From assembly GCA_900552105.1 (NCBI GenBank), contig URYH01000003.1, forward strand, positions 1 to 61,074: a stretch of 61,074 nucleotides of DNA. The letters are read 5' to 3'. The position numbers and the translations under genes were made by a program. Within the stretch, counting starts at the first letter, position 1, and the number at the start of each line of letters is the position of its first letter. Below the pieces are notes generated by a model that was not told the origin of the DNA, made no database searches, and worked only from the letters and a program-made list of their open reading frames with translations. The DNA is from an uncultured Eubacteriales bacterium (GTDB lineage Bacteria; Bacillota; Clostridia; Christensenellales; UBA1242). Shown here piece by piece: positions 28,853-38,658 of the stretch.

Positions 28853-30679
28853 CTAATCTTGATTTTGCAAAGCTTTGCCTCGAATTCTCAAACGCATATT
28901 ATGGTCGAGAACAACTTTTCTGATTCTGATGCTCTTTGGTGTGACTTCCATATATTCGTCATCAGCCAAAAATTCAAGAGAATCTTCAAGTGACATTTGA
29001 ATTGGCGGTATAAGACGAAGTGCTTCGTCCGCACCAGATGAACGGCAGTTTGAAAGATGTTTTTTCTTGCAAACATTAACAACCAAATCTTCTCCTCTTG
29101 GGTTTCTTCCAACAACCATTCCAGCATAAACTGGGATTCCAGGACCAATAAACAAATCGCCACGTTCTTGTGCGTTAAAGAGTCCATAAGTTATGCTCTC
29201 TCCCGCTTCAAACGCGATGAGTGAACCATATTCACGGCGAGCAATTTCGCCTTTATATGGTTCGTAATCTTCTGGAATTGCACTGAAAACTCCTTCGCCA
29301 CGTGTGTCGGTCAAGAAGTCTGACTTAAAGCCAAACATTCCACGTGAAGGCACTTTAAATTCCATTCTCATTCTGCTTGTGTGAGGAGTCATTGAAACAA
29401 GTTCACCTTTTCGCACACCGAGTTTGTTCATAACAACACCCACGCAATCTTCTGGAACGTCCAAAACAACGCGGTCAATAGGTTCATATTTTTTGCCGTC
29501 AATTTCCTTAAAAACAACTCTTGGCATTGAAACTTGAAATTCATAACCTTCTCTTCTCATGTTTTCAATGAGAATCGAAAGATGCATTTCGCCTCTTCCA
29601 CAAACTGTGAATGCCTCTGTTGTTTTTGTGTCGCGAACACGAAGTGACAAATCTTTGACTTGTTCGCGATAAAGTCTTTCACGAAGGTGACGAGATGTGA
29701 CAAATTTGCCTTCTTTTCCTGCAAAAGGACTGTCGTTGACAAGGAAAGTCATTTCAACACTTGGTTCGCTAATTTTAACAAATTCAAGCGGCTCAACTTT
29801 TTCTGGTGAGCAAAGAGTGTCGCCAATTGTGACGCTTTCAATTCCAGCAATCATTGCAATGTCGCCTGCAACAGATGTTTCGCAAGGAACACGTTTGAGT
29901 CCTTCAAACTGATACATTGAAACAATTTTTGCATTGGTTGTTTTGTCATTAAAGTAATTGCAAAGTGTGATTTGGTCGCCAACTTTAACCTTGCCGCGTG
30001 CAATTTTGCCAACTGCAAGTTTTCCAACATATTCATTTTGCTCTGTTGCCGAAATCAACATTTGGAAAGGTTCGTCTTCTTCGCCGTCTGGTGCTGGAAT
30101 GTAATCAATGATTTTTTGGAACAAAACAGTCATGTCTTTGAGATATGCGATGTTTTCTCCGCAAACGCCTTGACGAGCAGATGCAAACAAGAATGGCGAA
30201 TTAAGTTGGTCGTCATTTGCATTGAGGTCCATAAAGAGTTCCAAAACTTCGTCTTGAACTTCTTGAACACGTGCATCAGGTCTGTCAATTTTGTTGATGA
30301 CAACAATAACTTTGAGATTGAGTTCAAGTGCCTTTTCAAGAACAAAGCGAGTTTGAGGCATTGGTCCTTCAAAAGCGTCAACAACAAGCAAAACGCCATC
30401 AACCATTTTGAGAACACGTTCAACTTCTCCGCCGAAGTCCGCGTGCCCTGGGGTGTCAACAACGTTGATTTTGACGCCATTATAGAAAACCGCCGTGTTC
30501 TTTGCGAGAATGGTTATTCCTCTTTCTCTTTCAAGTGCGTTTGAATCCATAACTCTGTCATCAACTTGTTGATTGTCACGGAAAACGTGACCTTGTTTGA
30601 GCATTTCGTTAACAAGCGATGTTTTGCCGTGGTCAACGTGGGCAATAATCGCAACATTTCTAATCTTTTCGTTTTTCAT
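28853..30679 (-). CDS. typA: Translational GTPase TypA/BipA
   Basis: [23 protein letters not shown], and full-length similarity. Confidence 0.95.
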   Translation of the reverse strand: MKNEKIRNVAIIAHVDHGKTSLVNEMLKQGHVFRDNQQVDDRVMDSNALERERGITILAKNTAVFYNGVKINVVDTPGHADFGGEVERVLKMVDGVLLVVDAFEGPMPQTRFVLEKALELNLKVIVVINKIDRPDARVQEVQDEVLELFMDLNANDDQLNSPFLFASARQGVCGENIAYLKDMTVLFQKIIDYIPAPDGEEDEPFQMLISATEQNEYVGKLAVGKIARGKVKVGDQITLCNYFNDKTTNAKIVSMYQFEGLKRVPCETSVAGDIAMIAGIESVTIGDTLCSPEKVEPLEFVKISEPSVEMTFLVNDSPFAGKEGKFVTSRHLRERLYREQVKDLSLRVRDTKTTEAFTVCGRGEMHLSILIENMRREGYEFQVSMPRVVFKEIDGKKYEPIDRVVLDVPEDCVGVVMNKLGVRKGELVSMTPHTSRMRMEFKVPSRGMFGFKSDFLTDTRGEGVFSAIPEDYEPYKGEIARREYGSLIAFEAGESITYGLFNAQERGDLFIGPGIPVYAGMVVGRNPRGEDLVVNVCKKKHLSNCRSSGADEALRLIPPIQMSLEDSLEFLADDEYMEVTPKSIRIRKVVLDHNMRLRIRGKALQNQD

Positions 30680-30800
30680 AATTTTCTCCTAAATACAACT
30701 CGTAAGTATATCACATATAATTGTATTTAATCAATAATAACCCCAAAAAAAATTTATTTTTGCCAATTTGCTTGTCGGTCATCTCACTTTGCTCTACAAT

Positions 30801-31664
30801 ATGAGCATGAAAAAGTGCGATTTATGTCCGAGAAATTGCAATATTGATAGAACAAAAACAAAAGGCTTGTGTGGCGAAAAAGAAAAAATGAGCGTCAACA
30901 CATATTCTGTTTTTATGTTTGAAGAACCCCCAATCAGTGGCACTCGTGGAAGCGGTGCAATATTTTTTTCTGGTTGTTCACTCAAATGCGTGTTCTGCCA
31001 AAACTATGAAATTTCTCACAGCGGTCATGGCACAAAAGTGTCACCACTTGGTCTTGTTGAAATCATGAAAGAACTTGAGGGCAAAGGTGTTCACAACATA
31101 AATCTCGTCAGCCCAACACATTTTGCGGACGAAATTATTGAAGCGTTAAAAATTTACAAGCCAAATGTCCCAGTTGTTTGGAACACTCATGGTTATGAAA
31201 AAGTTGAAACAATTCAAAAACTTTTGCCATATGTTGACATTTTTTTGACAGATTTCAAATATTTTAGGCCCGAAACCGCCAAAAAATATTCAAATTGCCC
31301 AGATTATGTTGAAAACGCGAAAGCCGCACTCAACGAAATGGTGAAAAACAAACCTCTTGAATTTGACGGCGAAATGCTCAAGCAAGGCGTGATTGTACGT
31401 CATTTGATTCTGCCTCTTCACACTCAAGAAAGCAAACAGGTTTTGGACTATTTGAAACAAAATTATGACAAACAAATTTTGGTTAGTGTCATGAGTCAAT
31501 TCACTCCATTTGGCGAGTGTGATAGATTCCCAGAAATCAACCGCAAACTCACAAGCCGAGAAATTAAAAGTGTCAACAATCACTTTTTGGAACTTGATCT
31601 TGATGGATTCATTCAAAATTCAAAAAGCGCCGACACTTGTTTCATCCCAAATTGGAACAAATAG
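30801..31664 (+). CDS. Radical SAM protein (PflX / pyruvate formate-lyase activase-like)
   Basis: CDLCPRNC and CSLKCVFCQNYEIS (CxxxCxxC-type) motifs. Confidence 0.8.
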   Translation: MSMKKCDLCPRNCNIDRTKTKGLCGEKEKMSVNTYSVFMFEEPPISGTRGSGAIFFSGCSLKCVFCQNYEISHSGHGTKVSPLGLVEIMKELEGKGVHNINLVSPTHFADEIIEALKIYKPNVPVVWNTHGYEKVETIQKLLPYVDIFLTDFKYFRPETAKKYSNCPDYVENAKAALNEMVKNKPLEFDGEMLKQGVIVRHLILPLHTQESKQVLDYLKQNYDKQILVSVMSQFTPFGECDRFPEINRKLTSREIKSVNNHFLELDLDGFIQNSKSADTCFIPNWNK

Positions 31665-31674
31665 TTTTGCATCA

Positions 31675-31698
31675 AAAAAGACCCTTGTGGGTCTTTTC
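31675..31698. terminator. Bidirectional intrinsic terminator
   Basis: Stem agaccc/gggtct flanked by an A-run and a T-run. Confidence 0.65.
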
Positions 31699-32067
31699 TT
31701 ATTGTTCAATTCCGCCTTGTTGCTTCTTGTATTGCGACAAAATGTGGTCAACGCTTTTTTGCAAATATGATTTTGCAATTTTCTTGTCATAATTAAACAC
31801 TTTGCAAAGTTTTTCATATTTATATTTGAAATCAAGCATATCTTCCATTTCTTTTACCGCACAATCTTCATCCATTCTTTTCACGCAGAACAAAAATGTT
31901 CTTGGATTTTGTGCTTTGATATAAATTTTTTTCTTTTCGTCAACAAACACCGGATATTTTTCGTTTTTGTTGATATACCCGAAATATGTGAATTTGTTTG
32001 CGAAGTTTGCCAAACTGCTAATCGCTTTTTCTTCAAAATCATCAAAATGTTTCATAATTTCCCCCAT
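31699..32067 (-). CDS. Hypothetical protein
   Basis: 122-aa ORF. No family recognised. Confidence 0.45.
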   Translation of the reverse strand: MGEIMKHFDDFEEKAISSLANFANKFTYFGYINKNEKYPVFVDEKKKIYIKAQNPRTFLFCVKRMDEDCAVKEMEDMLDFKYKYEKLCKVFNYDKKIAKSYLQKSVDHILSQYKKQQGGIEQ

Positions 32068-32110
32068 GTATTAGAAATATATCATAATTTTGCACATATT
32101 TCAACAAATT

Positions 32111-33112
32111 TTAAAAAAATGTTTGAGCAGGAAAAGACAAGCCCAGTAGCTCATCAAGTTTGACATTCGCAGATGCTTCGGCAATTTTTGGATCAATGAG
32201 TTTTTGTTCAAGAATATAGCGATATTTGAGATTGAATGAATCTTCTGTTATGTCATCAGAAAATATTCCTGTGCAGCCATAATCAAGGGCGAGATGAAAA
32301 ACAGGACTGTTGTCCATGTGGGCAAAAACTCGTATTCCAAGTTTGTTGAATTCATTAACTTCAATTCTCGAAAGGTCTGTTGGAAAGATGTGAAGATAGT
32401 TGATTTTTTTGTTGCCCTTGACGATTTCAAGAAGGCGTTTTGTATTCAACTTTGCTTTGTAGTTGGTGAACATAATTTCATCAAAGTCATATGCCGCTTC
32501 AATTTTTTCAAGCATTTTTTTTGAAGAAGCAAAAGGAATCACGCTTTCTTTGAGATTAATTCCATATGCATTTGCATCTTCAATCAACTTTTCATAAACC
32601 AAAAATGGCTCATTTTCTTTTGTATCAATAATGAATTTTGCATCGGGATATTTTTGCATAAGTTCAAACAATCTTTCACTGGTGAGTCCATGGAATTTGT
32701 CCAAAATTAATTTATTTTTATATTCTTCAATCCCAATTCTGTTCTTGTCGCTAAATCCTTTGAGATATTCATATCGATGAGTGCCAACAAGCTCATTTTC
32801 TTTTGAGAAGGCAAAATCAATTTCAAACATTCTCGTTCCATGAGCATAGTGATGCTCAACCCCCTCAACCACGTTCAAATATTTTCTTGTTTTGCCATCA
32901 ACAGTCATTCCCCCGCCAGCGTGGGCAACAACGAACTTTGTGTTTTCATCAATTCCAGGGTTGACATAAAAATCAAGTGGCATCAAATTTTGGACAGTAA
33001 AAACGCAAGCAATGGCAAAACACGCCACGCATCCAAATTTCAACATTTTTTGACTTGATTTTTGCGCCTTTTGTTGAGGCGTGTCAAAATTTTCAATTCT
33101 TTTTTTACTCAT
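32111..33112 (-). CDS. Membrane-anchored GDPD/PI-PLC-superfamily phosphodiesterase
   Basis: N-terminal TM helix. VVAHAGGG ... FEIDF pattern typical of the glycerophosphodiester phosphodiesterase-like fold. Confidence 0.55.
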   Translation of the reverse strand: MSKKRIENFDTPQQKAQKSSQKMLKFGCVACFAIACVFTVQNLMPLDFYVNPGIDENTKFVVAHAGGGMTVDGKTRKYLNVVEGVEHHYAHGTRMFEIDFAFSKENELVGTHRYEYLKGFSDKNRIGIEEYKNKLILDKFHGLTSERLFELMQKYPDAKFIIDTKENEPFLVYEKLIEDANAYGINLKESVIPFASSKKMLEKIEAAYDFDEIMFTNYKAKLNTKRLLEIVKGNKKINYLHIFPTDLSRIEVNEFNKLGIRVFAHMDNSPVFHLALDYGCTGIFSDDITEDSFNLKYRYILEQKLIDPKIAEASANVKLDELLGLSFPAQTFF

Positions 33113-33159
33113 TATTTTAATAATAGGCTAAATACAATTATATGTCAATAGCAAAAAAA

Positions 33160-33747
33160 TTAAACTATGACGTTCAATTTTTTGCAAATTTCATATGTTT
33201 TGTGAACAGGAAGACCCATAACAGCAAAATAGTCTCCATCAATTTTTTCAATAAATTTTCGTGCAAGCCCTTGGCAACCATATGCTCCCGCCTTGTCCAT
33301 TGGTTCTCCAGATTTGATGTACCCCCAAATTTCTTCATCACTCATTTTGGCAAATTTCACTTTTGAAACAACCGCATCACACAAAACCGTTTTTGTGCCG
33401 TGTTCAAATTTGATAACATAAATTCCTGTGACAACTTTATGAATTTTGCCACTCAAAGATTTAAGCATTGAAAATGCGTCACTTTCATCCTTTGGTTTCC
33501 CATAAATTTTTCGTCCAAGAACAACCATTGTGTCCGAACCAATAATCACACGATTGCCTTCTGTTTTTGAAAAAATGTCTTCGGCTTTTTGACCGCTAAG
33601 ATTTTTTGCAAGTTCAGTTATCTTCATCTTTTTGCTCATGTCTTCATTTTTGTCGCTTGGCATACATTCAAATTGCTCAAATATTGTCGCCAACAACTCT
33701 TTTCTTCTCGGACTCTTGCTCGCCAAAATAATTTTTGTTTCATTCAT
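33160..33747 (-). CDS. maf: Maf-family nucleoside triphosphate pyrophosphatase
   Basis: ILASKSPRRKELL ... GSDT ... GAYGCQG motifs. Confidence 0.9.
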   Translation of the reverse strand: MNETKIILASKSPRRKELLATIFEQFECMPSDKNEDMSKKMKITELAKNLSGQKAEDIFSKTEGNRVIIGSDTMVVLGRKIYGKPKDESDAFSMLKSLSGKIHKVVTGIYVIKFEHGTKTVLCDAVVSKVKFAKMSDEEIWGYIKSGEPMDKAGAYGCQGLARKFIEKIDGDYFAVMGLPVHKTYEICKKLNVIV

Positions 33748-34354
33748 ATTTATTCCTCATTCGCATCAAAATTTTTTCTTGCACACGCGTCAAGTTTTCT
33801 TCAAAATCACTCATTTGATAGTCGTTGATAATGACAAAATCAAAATCTTTGACTTCATAATCAATCCCCGCACAATCTCTGCGTTTCAGATATTCTTCAC
33901 TCAGTCCATCCCGATTTTGAACATGACGAAATCTTTCTTCATCATTTTGCGTGAGAATCAAAATTTTGCAATCTGACCCATTCCAGTATATCGTTTTTGG
34001 CAAAAGAATCCAATCCAAAACAACATTTTTGTGAAGAGACAACTCTTTATTGATGAAAGATTGCATACAACGCTTTGTGAAATTGTTAAATTTTTCAACT
34101 TTTGATAAATCTTTTTCGGAAAACAAAATTCCACCAAGCCGCTTTCTGTCAAAATTTCCATTCTCGTCAGTTAGTTTTTGCTGAAAAATGCTCTCGACTT
34201 TTTCAACAACTTTTTTGTCTTCATAAATCTTGTGCCCAATCTTGTCAATATCGACATAGAAAAAATCAAGGCGGGCAGCCAACATTTTTGAAAACGTTGA
34301 CTTGCCTACCCCAGATTTTCCTGTGACGCACACAATAAAGTTTTTATCTCTCAT
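33740..34354 (-). CDS. coaE: Dephospho-CoA kinase
   Basis: P-loop VTGKSGVGKST, matching size, and D-x-D (VDIDK). Confidence 0.7.
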   Translation of the reverse strand: MRDKNFIVCVTGKSGVGKSTFSKMLAARLDFFYVDIDKIGHKIYEDKKVVEKVESIFQQKLTDENGNFDRKRLGGILFSEKDLSKVEKFNNFTKRCMQSFINKELSLHKNVVLDWILLPKTIYWNGSDCKILILTQNDEERFRHVQNRDGLSEEYLKRRDCAGIDYEVKDFDFVIINDYQMSDFEENLTRVQEKILMRMRNKYE

Positions 34355-34721
34355 TCATGCTCTCATTATTTTTTATGTTGTTTTGAGTGTTGATGATTCG
34401 CTTGTTCAAAGCGCGAATTTCTCTCAATGTTGGAGTTGGATTTTTTTTCAAAAATTCCCACTTCATATTTCTTGCAACATGTTGTGAATAATCTTGAGAA
34501 TCGATCTGAACAACCACAACATCTTTCACAGGAACAAACTCTTCATCAGAAACAAACTTAACAAAATTTTTATCGCCAACAGAAATTGATGTTTCATAAA
34601 AAGCAAGTTCAAATGGACCATTGTTGCGACTTGCCAAAATCATTGTTTTTGCTTCAAACTCATCAAATACATAATCTCCACCAACAACACCTTTTGCCGA
34701 TGCTCTGAATTCGTGTCTCAT
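34344..34721 (-). CDS. Hypothetical protein
   Basis: Start chosen at MRHEF (SD ggagg 4 nt upstream), which avoids overlap with the upstream gene. No family recognised. Confidence 0.45.
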   Translation of the reverse strand: MRHEFRASAKGVVGGDYVFDEFEAKTMILASRNNGPFELAFYETSISVGDKNFVKFVSDEEFVPVKDVVVVQIDSQDYSQHVARNMKWEFLKKNPTPTLREIRALNKRIINTQNNIKNNESMNER

Positions 34722-34776
34722 TTTTCCTCCACGTTTGTCTTTATTATTATAAGTTTTGAAGTCACATTTGTCAATG

Positions 34777-35265
34777 TTATTCAACAAGGCAAGACACGTG
34801 CTCCGCAACGAGTTTACCAAAATATTTATTTGCCGCCTTGATGTTTGCGTGCCTGTCTTCAATCAGCAAAAACTCACCGTCATAACCTTTTGTGATTTTT
34901 TCAAGTTCCCACGCTTTGAGATACGGCTTTTCTTCTTCCGAAAAAGAAAGAGCTTCATACACAACAAAGTGCATATTTTTGTCCTTGATAAATGGTGCAT
35001 AAATTTTGAGCCACCGCCTTTTTTGGTCTGCTTGTTCAAAATACCAGCAACTGCTCAAAATGCCAATTTCAGCACCCGCTTCATGCAGTTCTTTCATAAC
35101 CTTCAACATTGTTTTTATTGGACGTTTGTTGAAATAAAAATCTTTTACATTTCCAACAATCAAATCATGCTCCCCGGTTCGCTCTTCGGAGCATACTCCG
35201 TCCATGTCAAAATATACTATAAATGGTTTTTTCTTCGCTCTTTCAATAATTTCATCTTTTAACAT
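34777..35265 (-). CDS. HAD-superfamily phosphatase, 5'(3')-deoxyribonucleotidase-like
   Basis: DxDxV motif (YFDMDGVC) and small size. SD gaggt lies upstream of the ATG at 35265. Confidence 0.55.
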   Translation of the reverse strand: MLKDEIIERAKKKPFIVYFDMDGVCSEERTGEHDLIVGNVKDFYFNKRPIKTMLKVMKELHEAGAEIGILSSCWYFEQADQKRRWLKIYAPFIKDKNMHFVVYEALSFSEEEKPYLKAWELEKITKGYDGEFLLIEDRHANIKAANKYFGKLVAEHVSCLVE

Positions 35266-35341
35266 GTTTACCTCAAAAGCATAATAACACAACATTCATT
35301 TTTTGACAATTTATATTTTTTGTTTCAAACTTAAAAAATAA

Positions 35342-35370
35342 TTGACACCACCCCTTTTGTGTGTTAAAAT
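35342..35370 (+). promoter_or_regulatory. Strong sigma-A type promoter driving the tRNA-Ser locus
   Basis: TTGACA (35342-35347), a 17-nt spacer, then TAAAAT (35365-35370). Confidence 0.7.
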
Positions 35371-35385
35371 TGCAAAGCATTTAAC

Positions 35386-35412
35386 ATGCAGAAGTACCCA
35401 AGTGGTTGAAGG
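35386..35412 (+). repeat. 27-nt duplicate of the 2 leader nt and first 25 nt of tRNA-Ser(GCU)
   Basis: atgcagaagtacccaagtggttgaagg is identical at 35386-35412 and 35609-35635. Confidence 0.9.
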
Positions 35413-35608
35413 TCAACTCCGTTGCCTCACTCGCACAAGCACGATTTGTTCCCCTTTGGTCTCAACTCGTGTGTGCAGCGCGAAAAGTCGGCTCGTCCGC
35501 TTTTGCCACTGGCAATTCCTCGCCTCTTTTCCCCTGCTTTCGCAGTGTCGCCCCTTCAAATAAGCGACAGATGTGAAAAAAGAGAAATTGGGCAAAATCA
35601 ATTTATAT
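35413..35608 (+). ncRNA. 196-nt G+C-enriched spacer between the tRNA 5' duplicate and the real tRNA; possible structured RNA or long tRNA leader
   Basis: My hand count gives 96 G+C in 196 nt, and about 54 percent in the first 160 nt, in an otherwise AT-rich genome. It has internal hairpins (gc-g-aaaag..cttttgc; tgtcgc..gcgaca). There is no convincing ORF or SD. Confidence 0.4.
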
Positions 35609-35610
35609 AT

Positions 35611-35701
35611 GCAGAAGTACCCAAGTGGTTGAAGGGGCTCCCCTGCTAAGGGAGTAGGCTTGTAAAAGGGCGCGAGGGTTCAAATCCCTCCTTCTGCGCC
35701 A
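35611..35701 (+). tRNA. tRNA-Ser (anticodon GCU), class II, CCA encoded
   Basis: Cloverleaf read by hand. Acceptor is gcagaag/cttctgc, D arm ccc-aagtggttgaa-ggg, anticodon arm ctccc-ctGCTaa-gggag. There is a long variable arm, T arm gaggg-ttcaaat-ccctc, then g-cca. Confidence 0.9.
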
Positions 35702-35704
35702 AAA

Positions 35705-35727
35705 GGACACCGCAAGGTGTTTTTTTG
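35705..35727 (+). terminator. Intrinsic terminator 1 after tRNA-Ser
   Basis: acacc-gcaa-ggtgt followed by a T-run. Confidence 0.7.
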
Positions 35728-35775
35728 TTAAGCGAAGGAGGGATTCTCGCATGGCGTTCCCGACTGAGTGCGCCA
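35727..35775 (+). repeat. 49-nt CCA-ending module related to the window-start unit (shares gttcccgact ... tgcgcca)
   Basis: Sequence is gttaagcgaaggagggattctcgcatggcgttcccgactgagtgcgcca. It is followed by a second copy of the same terminator and of gtta(a)gcgaaggagg. Confidence 0.6.
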
Positions 35776-35778
35776 AAG

Positions 35779-35801
35779 GAACACCGCAAGGTGTTTTTTT
35801 G
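35779..35801 (+). terminator. Intrinsic terminator 2 (near-identical duplicate of terminator 1)
   Basis: acacc-gcaa-ggtgt followed by a T-run. It is part of a ~50-nt imperfect tandem repeat with a 74-nt period. Confidence 0.7.
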
Positions 35802-35918
35802 TTAGCGAAGGAGGAATTCGGATGCTCTGCATCGCAAACTTTGTTTGCAACCCTCGCTGCTAGGCTGTCGCCCGTCAATGAAAACTCTCAAACAAACAAT
35901 TAAAAACCAAAAGCATAA

Positions 35919-36803
35919 TTAAAACAAACAAATAATCATTCCAAGTGCTGCACCAGTGATATAGCAAGTGAAAAGAACCAACAGGTTTTGTTTTATTGAC
36001 TTGTTTTGTTTGAATAAAACCAAAAGTCCAACACCGCTTCCCGCACAAAGTCCGGCAACAAGCGAACCAAAACTTAAACCACCTTTGATAAACAGTTCAA
36101 GAAGAACAACTGATGCACAGCAGTTTGGAATGAGTCCAATTGCCGCTGCAACAAGCGGTTGGAAGATTGAAAGCGACATCAAAGCATTTGTCATGCTTTC
36201 TGTCCCAACATAGAACATGATTATATTTATGATTGCCGTTGCAACAAAGACAAACGCGGCAATGATTGCTGTGTGCTTGAGTGCATCAAGAAAAATGTTG
36301 TCCGCGCAGCAATGATGAGAATCACAGTGGTCACAATGGTCGTCATGCTCGCAATCATGGTCTTTTCCCAAAACTTCATTATGCTCTTGTTTTTCGCCTT
36401 TTTTCTTGTGGATGAGAGCAATAATTCCATCCATCGCAAATCCAACAGCAATCGCATAAACAAACTTTATGCCGAGCAAAATAATCAAAAATTTATAAAA
36501 CTCTGGGTGCGAAATCAAAATCGGAATTGCCTCATCACTCGTTGCAACAAACACCGCAACAAGTGTTCCAATCGTGATTTTGTGTTTGGCAAACAAATCA
36601 CTCATGACAGCCGAAAACCCACACTGTGGAACAATGCCCAAAACCGCACCCATAAAAGGCCCAGCTTTTTGAGTTCTTTGCATAAAATGGTGAAACTTTT
36701 GATTGTTGTGATGTTCAAGATACGCGACAATAAGATAGACAAGATACAAAATGCCAATCATTTTTGAGGTGTCAATCAATGCATCAAGCAATGCTTCTCC
36801 CAT
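35919..36803 (-). CDS. Multi-pass membrane protein, putative heavy-metal exporter (ArsP_2-like) with a His/Cys/Asp-rich loop
   Basis: About 10 hydrophobic segments and the central loop HDCEHDDHCDHCDSHHCCADN. SD aaggag lies upstream of the ATG at 36803. Confidence 0.55.
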   Translation of the reverse strand: MGEALLDALIDTSKMIGILYLVYLIVAYLEHHNNQKFHHFMQRTQKAGPFMGAVLGIVPQCGFSAVMSDLFAKHKITIGTLVAVFVATSDEAIPILISHPEFYKFLIILLGIKFVYAIAVGFAMDGIIALIHKKKGEKQEHNEVLGKDHDCEHDDHCDHCDSHHCCADNIFLDALKHTAIIAAFVFVATAIINIIMFYVGTESMTNALMSLSIFQPLVAAAIGLIPNCCASVVLLELFIKGGLSFGSLVAGLCAGSGVGLLVLFKQNKSIKQNLLVLFTCYITGAALGMIICLF

Positions 36804-36943
36804 TTCATTCTCCTTTTCGCTTGAAGAATATATCATTCTTTAATTTGTGTCAATATATTTGAAGAAAGATAGTAAATGATTTGTTCGTTTTAACATTTTA
36901 TTATAATTATTTGCAATCACAAAAAAATATTATACTTTACAAT

Positions 36944-37285
36944 TTACACTCCAACAATTGTGATTCCAGGATTGGATTTGTTCAAGTCTTCGTCTTGTGC
37001 ACAGTCTGGGTGCATGAATAAAAATTTCTGACATTTCTCATTTGATATATCCCACTCATGCCCCAACAGAAAAGTTGTGATTTGTTTTCGTCTTTGAAGT
37101 TTTGGCAAAAGTTTTCTCAACTCCACCGAAATCACTCCGCCTCTGCCGTGAGAACCATAACCATGGATAAACTTTATCGCAGTCACACCTCGTGGCTTCG
37201 CATTCTCCAAAATTATTGAAATATGTGCTTCAACATCTTCTGCTGACAACACAATTTCTTTTAGATTGACAACTTCAAACTTCAT
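36944..37285 (-). CDS. Stand-alone Smr-domain protein
   Basis: IHGYGSHGRGG pattern typical of Smr domains. Confidence 0.7.
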   Translation of the reverse strand: MKFEVVNLKEIVLSAEDVEAHISIILENAKPRGVTAIKFIHGYGSHGRGGVISVELRKLLPKLQRRKQITTFLLGHEWDISNEKCQKFLFMHPDCAQDEDLNKSNPGITIVGV

Positions 37286-37503
37286 ATCTCAATATTAACA
37301 AAACATTATATTTTTGTAAATTATTTTTTTGTTTTATCCCACGTGTGATAAGGATTTAAGAATTTAATAATTTATGGTTTTTATTGAAAAATTTAACTAT
37401 TTAATTATTTTTTTATTATTTTTTAATTATTTTCAAATATTTTTTATTTATTTTAATTAATTTTCACTTTGACAAAAATAAAACTATCATCATAAATACA
37501 TAC

Positions 37504-38433
37504 ATGAAAAAAATCAGAATTGGAATCGTGGGTTATGGAAACCTGGGAAAAAGTGTTGAAGAAAAACTTCAAAATGACGAAAGATTCAAACTCGTTTGCA
37601 TTTTTTCAAGACGAAGCGTTTCGTCAGTGTTTAAAACATCTTGCGACAAGTTTGAAAACATTGAAAACTACAAAAGAAAGATAGATATCATGTGCTTATG
37701 CTCGGGTTCAAAAACTGACATTGAAGAGCAAGCGTTTTTAGTCGCAAAGCATTTTCATACGATTGACAGTTTTGACAACCATGCTCACATAAAAAACTAT
37801 CACCACTTGCTTGATGAGGCGAACAAAAAAAACAAAAGATGCTCAATCATTTCATGCGGTTGGGACCCTGGTCTTTTTTCTCTTATGCGTGCTTTAACGA
37901 AAGCGGTCGACCACAAATACGAAACATTTTGGGGAAAAGGCGTAAGCCAAGGTCATTCGCAAGCTCTGCGAGCACTTTCTGGTGTTGACGATGCGATTGA
38001 ATACACACTCCCAGTTCGAAAAGCATTGAAAGAAGCGCAAAAGGGGCACAAACTAAACGAAAAATCAAAACATCAAAGGTTATGTTTTGTCGCTGCAAAA
38101 AAAGGAGTGAACAAAAGGACCCTTTGCCAAGAAATCAGAAGTATGCCCGACTATTTTGAGGGCTACAAAACAATAATAAAATTTTGCAGCGCAAAAAAAG
38201 TTGAAAAACTCAAAACACACATGTATCACTGCGGCTGCGTTCTTTCGCCAAACAATCAAATGCGGTTTGAACTCAACCTTGACAGCAATCCGCGTTTTAC
38301 TGCCCAAGTTGTTGTTGCATATTGCATTGCCCTATACAACTTGATAAAAAACAAAGAGTATGGTGCAAAGACCATACTCGACATTCCGCCGTCATATCTT
38401 TTTCTTGACCAAAGTTTTTTAACACTAGTTTAG
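37504..38433 (+). CDS. ddh: meso-Diaminopimelate D-dehydrogenase
   Basis: IRIGIVGYGNLGKSVE, CGWDPGLFSLMR and FWGKGVSQGHSQALR closely follow the Corynebacterium Ddh pattern. Confidence 0.85.
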   Translation: MKKIRIGIVGYGNLGKSVEEKLQNDERFKLVCIFSRRSVSSVFKTSCDKFENIENYKRKIDIMCLCSGSKTDIEEQAFLVAKHFHTIDSFDNHAHIKNYHHLLDEANKKNKRCSIISCGWDPGLFSLMRALTKAVDHKYETFWGKGVSQGHSQALRALSGVDDAIEYTLPVRKALKEAQKGHKLNEKSKHQRLCFVAAKKGVNKRTLCQEIRSMPDYFEGYKTIIKFCSAKKVEKLKTHMYHCGCVLSPNNQMRFELNLDSNPRFTAQVVVAYCIALYNLIKNKEYGAKTILDIPPSYLFLDQSFLTLV

Positions 38434-38658
38434 AATTTGACAATGTCAAAAAGTTGCAAAAGACCAAATGCCCCTGTTGTCAAAAAAACCTTGGACGATA
38501 AACATCACAAATGTTGCTGGTTGAAATTGTTTTTTGAGAGAAAAACCAATGCAACAGCAGTCATATTCACCTCTTCAAAAGTTTTGCCCAATATCCGAGG
38601 TATAAACATATTGACATTTTATTTCTTTAAATCTAAAATATCATCAAGAGGTGTTTTT

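Noticed and set aside
1-35701. Genomic island bounded by the 11-nt direct repeat cttctgcgcca (45-55 / 101-111 and 35691-35701), as for tRNA-targeting integrative elements.
   Set aside because: The intervening 35 kb is core housekeeping DNA (holB, greA, asnS, alaS, glyQS, dnaB, typA) with B. subtilis-like synteny and no integrase.
35603-35878. 91-aa minus-strand ORF, the plus-strand ORFs 35342-35563 and 35422-35649, and a ~50-codon plus-strand ORF starting at 35751.
   Set aside because: They overlap the tRNA-Ser gene, its terminators or the GC-rich spacer. The 35751 ORF would have to be translated through an intrinsic terminator.
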